A DNA stretch of 55,848 bases, the filler included, from Jimgerdemannia flammicorona (Eukaryota): NCBI GenBank assembly GCA_003990765.1. It is 2 parts of 2 records of this genome, joined end to end, with 100 filler letters (N's around TTAATTAATTAA, not from the genome) between each part and the next. Parts side by side here need not be neighbours in the genome. Positions count along the whole stretch, not along the records: positions 27,998 to 55,848 come from RBNJ01000595.1; 1 more part is not named here. One strand, given 5' to 3'. The position numbers and the translations under genes are program-made. Below the pieces are notes generated by a model that was given only the letters and a program-made list of their open reading frames with translations, was not told where the DNA came from and did no database searches. Positions 51,593 to 55,848 of this stretch are shown here, one piece after another. Numbering within the stretch: position 1 is the stretch's first letter; every line of letters begins with the position of its first letter.

Positions 51593-54237
51593 AGAAATAA
51601 GACCTGATATATTATATACTATAAATAAGATGGTATAGTATTCCTCCTACTATGGTAATTATATTAGAGTACTATCAAGAGAATATTCTAGTATCTTAAG
51701 AGTATAGTATACTATATACTTAAATTAGATAATGATAGCAGTAGGAGAAATAATAAAAAAAAATAGATTTGACTATTTGGTATATATGATACCAATTGGA
51801 TAGATGATCTAGATGACTACTAATCTATAACTGAGTATTTCTTTCATATTAGTGAAAATAATAAAAGAGTCATCTTATAATAAAGATATAAGCAATTATC
51901 TATAGTAATATCATCAATATAGACAGAGTACTTGGTGTTGTCATTGGTAATAAAAGGAGCTATTTGGCTCTGCAAACTATTAAAAGAACTTGGATTTACT
52001 CAAAAATAGAGCACTAAACTTGCCAAGATAATCAGTTTATAATTGCACTTATTAAGAATCCAGTACATTATAGTAAAATGAAATATATCAATATATAACA
52101 TCATTTTATAAGAATATATAGAAAATGATATATTATACTTGAAATATATCACTACAGAGTATATGATTACTGATTTACTTACAAAAGCCCTTCTAAAGCT
52201 AAAATTCATACTATATATTAAAGGAATAGGTCTTACTAGATGATTTGAGATACTGCTAGAGATATTTTTGAGACTGCAAAAAGCCTCCCTTACTGTATTA
52301 CTTATTACATATATATTTGATAATATGTTAGTTATATCTCTCATTTATAAGTGGATTCTATAGATAATATATATTATATTTTATAGATATTATAGATATT
52401 TTGGATATATTTCAGAATACTTTTTGACTCACAAATATTACTTAGATATAGGATTTCATAATAGTAATTCTGAGTTATATATAATTTTCTAAGTTATATA
52501 CAGTTTGAGTTTTTATATAGATTGTATTACCTTTTACTCTAGTTTTTTTTTTTTTTTTTTTAGATTATATATATATCTTATTAAGCTAGAGTATTGGAAT
52601 AGCAAATCAATATATCAATACATAATTATGCCATTTCATCAGATTTATGTTATTTATTAATAATATATAAAATATGTGACTTAAGAACTTCAATAAATAC
52701 CTATCTCTTTATAATAGTTTTTACTTTAATTTTTGAACTAAGATTTATTTACTCTTATCTCTGAAATTTTTTTTTCATTTTAATTACTATCTCAGTTACT
52801 ATTTGGATAATTATAAATTATGCAGTATGGTTAAATATAGTATGTAACTTTCTTTATATATAAAATAACTATAAATATTATAATGTATAAATAATATAGA
52901 ATAACTAAATGATATAAATACTTAGTACATAATAGTTACTTCCATAATTACTCAGTTATTATAGAAATTATATAAATAGTATAAATAATCAGATTGAGAA
53001 TAACTATATCCTAAAGAAATTGTTGTTATTACTTGATTTTATTATGTAATTATATTTCTACTTATATTATATTCTTATATATTATCTTATTGAGTAGATG
53101 TATTGAAATTCTTATTATATATCTTAATAATATAGCTTAGACTATAATTCTTTAAGCTATATGTTCAATATATAAAAATATAAGCAATTAATAAATGGTT
53201 CTGCTACTCCTCTCTACTCTCTATATTCTCAATAAAGCTATAATAATTATAGTAAATAATATTTTGTTTTTTTATTCATTATTGTAAACTTTCCTACTTA
53301 ACTGTAATTTTATTTTCAAATTTTATTTATTTTGTTTTTTAAATAAGATTTTTTTTAACAAAATTGATTTTTCTTTATTACTCTATAGATTAGAATTATT
53401 GAATATTTTAGTTAATTAATATCTCAATTCTAAATAATTCTTTCTATTATATAGTTATGGAGTATTTAACTATTTAATATTCTTTATATATATATATCAA
53501 CTTTTATAGTAAATTAAGAACTATAGATATAGATAGATCTACTAATAAGTTAAATTTCTTGATATATTTTTATAAAAATTATTTTAGCTATCTTATCTCT
53601 AATGATCTCTAAAATTATATTCAGATATAGGAGATATTGAATATTTATTTATTTTTAATAAATTATATAAGGTAATTCATTCAAACTTATAATATAGTAG
53701 TAGTTTATAATTAAATCTTCTATATATATAAAATTATAGCTTTATTAATTTTAGTATAATTTATAATTATATATAAATATAGTTTATGCTAAATCTCAAA
53801 ACCTTATATATAAGAGAAATATCTTTTATACTGAAGTTAGAAACTAATCTATTAGAGATATAATTATAGAATTTTAGATTTCTTAAAGATATTTTTAAAA
53901 GAAGTTTAAGTAGTAGTTATTTATTATTTCTTAAAAGATATAAATTTATCTAAAATTATTAACTAATAATTATTAAGTTATAATATTGTAGATATATATT
54001 TAATATAAGATATATGTATATTGAATTTCTTTATCTTAAATTTTTAATCTTCTCTAATTTTTAGAGATAATTATAAAAAGTTGTATAAGCTTGAAAGAGA
54101 TATCTTTCTATAAATTACTAGTTCTTTTCTTTAAACTATATATATCTATTATAATGAGAGCAAAAATATAATAAAGTTGAATAATATTGTAATATCTCTA
54201 GCTCAATAAAGACAAATTACAGAGTTGGTAGATTAAT

Positions 54238-55749
54238 GTAGTTTGGCTTGAGTCCACAGTTACTTTGTCAAAAAGCAACAAAATATTCTTATAATTTCTG
54301 AGATCCTTGGTATTTAGTAGTATAATAGTCAAAGCTAGATATTTGTAAGCAATTCTAGTGATTTTCTTATGAGAATAGTTCTCTGAGCATAGTGATAATT
54401 AGTATATATATAGTATAGTATATATGACAGTCTGGTAATTTAGCTGTTTTCTTCTTGAGTAGTGATCTCCAAAAGTATGTAATTTCTATATAATGATTTC
54501 TATATAGTATAATAATCTAAAAGATGTGATTTCTGTATGATGATCTTATATAGTATGATAATCTAATATATAGTATCCCTTATACAGATTTGGTAGATAA
54601 TACAATTTAATGGACAACTTGATTTTAGCACAGATTCTCCTAAATCAGGATTATTGAGAATAGAGAGTAGTGTGGATTCTTCTGAATTGAACTTACTGAG
54701 AATAGATAAATAACTTAGATAGCAGATAACTTAGATAACTCAGACATCATGGATAACTTCAGTAATGCAGATTCTTCCTAAATTAGCTCTTCTGGGAATA
54801 TTAGATATCTTGATGACTTGGGTATCTCAGATGGTAGATTCTTGGCAAATTATATAAAGGCTGACTTTATTTGTATAAGGTTACATCATAGACTGGCTCC
54901 ATTATAAAGTTGTATCAGATAGATTAGCTTGGTGACAAGAATCAGGCTTTCTGAGAATAACAGACTTCTTGAGCAAAGTTGCATGAAGACTGGCTTCGTT
55001 TACAGGTTATTGGGTTCAAATAGTTAAGTAGTACAAATAACTGGCTTTATTTACAGGTTGTTGGGTTTGAACAGTTAAGTAGTACAAATGACTGGCTTCA
55101 TTTACATAGAATTATATTGATAGACTAGCTCTACTATAAAGTTATATCAACAGACTAACTTTGGTGACAAGATGGTAGACTTCTTGAAAATGACAGCTTT
55201 TTCTTAAGTTGCAGATTACTCAAATGGTGGCAAAGTTCTTTACTCAAACTTGGTAGATTTTTCAGATTCTTCACTGAATGAGAAAAGGGAACCAAGCTCA
55301 CAACTCCTAGTAGTGGCTTTAGAGTGGCCATTTCTCCTAAGTATTACAATTCTTCCTAGATCAAGTGTCTTTTGGCAGGTATATCCCTTGAAGTATAATA
55401 GGCAGACTTGTCTTTTGCTCTAAATTTTGGACTTTTTAGACTGAGGCTTATTCACTCATATCTCTGGGGTATTTTATACATTATAGTTATCATTGATTAC
55501 TATCTAGATAATTATAGATTTACTATCTCTGGTAATGTTTGGGTATATCTATAGAATATAATTGTGTCTGCAGGACATAAGTGTATTCACAGGATATGAG
55601 TATATCTATCAGATATAGATATGTCCTCAGAATATAATAAATACCCTCAATTGGGTATCCTGGCTAATTATAAGTATAGTGGATATAAGTAACTATGCTA
55701 TATGAGAAGTTCATATTATCTGGCTATATTATACTATTTGCTCATCACA
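54238..55749 (-). repeat. Probable long Gypsy-type LTR (left boundary uncertain)
   Basis: Minus strand starts TGTGATG after GAGGGCTGA; tataaaataccc..gagtgaataagcctcagtc (~55440-55480) parallels the 34858-35753 LTR. Confidence 0.45.
54989..55106 (+). repeat. 51-bp tandem repeat, ~2.3 copies
   Basis: actggcttcgtttacaggttattgggttcaaatagttaagtagtacaaat units start at 54989, 55040 and 55091. Confidence 0.85.
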
Positions 55750-55833
55750 TCAGCCCTCACTGAAGAATAGTCTGCCTCACACTATTCTTCACTTATCATC
55801 TCAATAAATATGAGCAGCTTCAATTTCTATACC

Positions 55834-55848
55834 TTTTTTTTTTTTTTT
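55834..55848 (-). other. Poly(T) run at the window edge, likely the poly(A) tail of a further minus-strand retroposed insertion
   Basis: 15 T at the end of the window; same pattern as 10995 and 14758. Confidence 0.4.

Larger units (their letters stand above)
41305..52716 (+). mobile_element. Copia-B: heavily decayed Ty1/Copia lacking its 5' LTR, split by two insertions; 3' LTR 52592-52716
   Basis: Collinear with Copia-C from gag through IN, RT (KLTLLRIL|..EIHQIDIK) and RH (DLLTKAL); PPT TTAAGCTAGAG then LTR TATTGGAATAGCAA...ATAATA. Confidence 0.85.

Noticed and set aside
52717..54237. Extremely AT-rich stretch, possibly an old transposon or gene relic
   Set aside because: Too decayed to recognise any motif or terminus by eye
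54989..55106. 51-bp repeats as a possible array
   Set aside because: Plain head-to-tail tandem duplication without unique spacers

Overview
Eukaryotic repeat-dense region, most likely fungal (inferred from a Prx5/Ahp1-type peroxiredoxin ending in -AKL, short GT-AG introns with CTAAC branch points, and fungal-type retroelements). It is made almost entirely of nested, decayed retrotransposons: four large L1/Tx1-type LINE copies plus fragments, two dUTPase-bearing Ty3/Gypsy elements and related LTRs, three Ty1/Copia copies, and a non-autonomous Copia derivative. The elements are disabled mainly by C>T/G>A transitions, first at CpG and then at CpA/TpG; inner (younger) insertions are less decayed. 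Three things stand out. (1) A Gypsy element (27998-35753) whose polyprotein reads protease, Cys/His-rich region, F-box-like motif, dUTPase, dUTPase-like repeat, RT, RNase H; integrase follows as a separate ATGA-overlapping ORF, and an extra ~420-codon frame sits at the env position. (2) A 2.6-kb CpG-intact cassette (38707-41295) bounded by GGGG...CCCC and an AGTGCA direct repeat, carrying an intron-containing F-box/zinc-finger gene broken by a 4-bp duplication. (3) A LINE-made peroxiredoxin retrocopy with poly(A) and a 15-16 bp TSD. An artificial scaffold linker (N-TTAATTAATTAA-N) at 27898-27997 means adjacency across it is unproven. No rRNA, tRNA or CRISPR was seen. All calls come from manual reading; no database searches were run.
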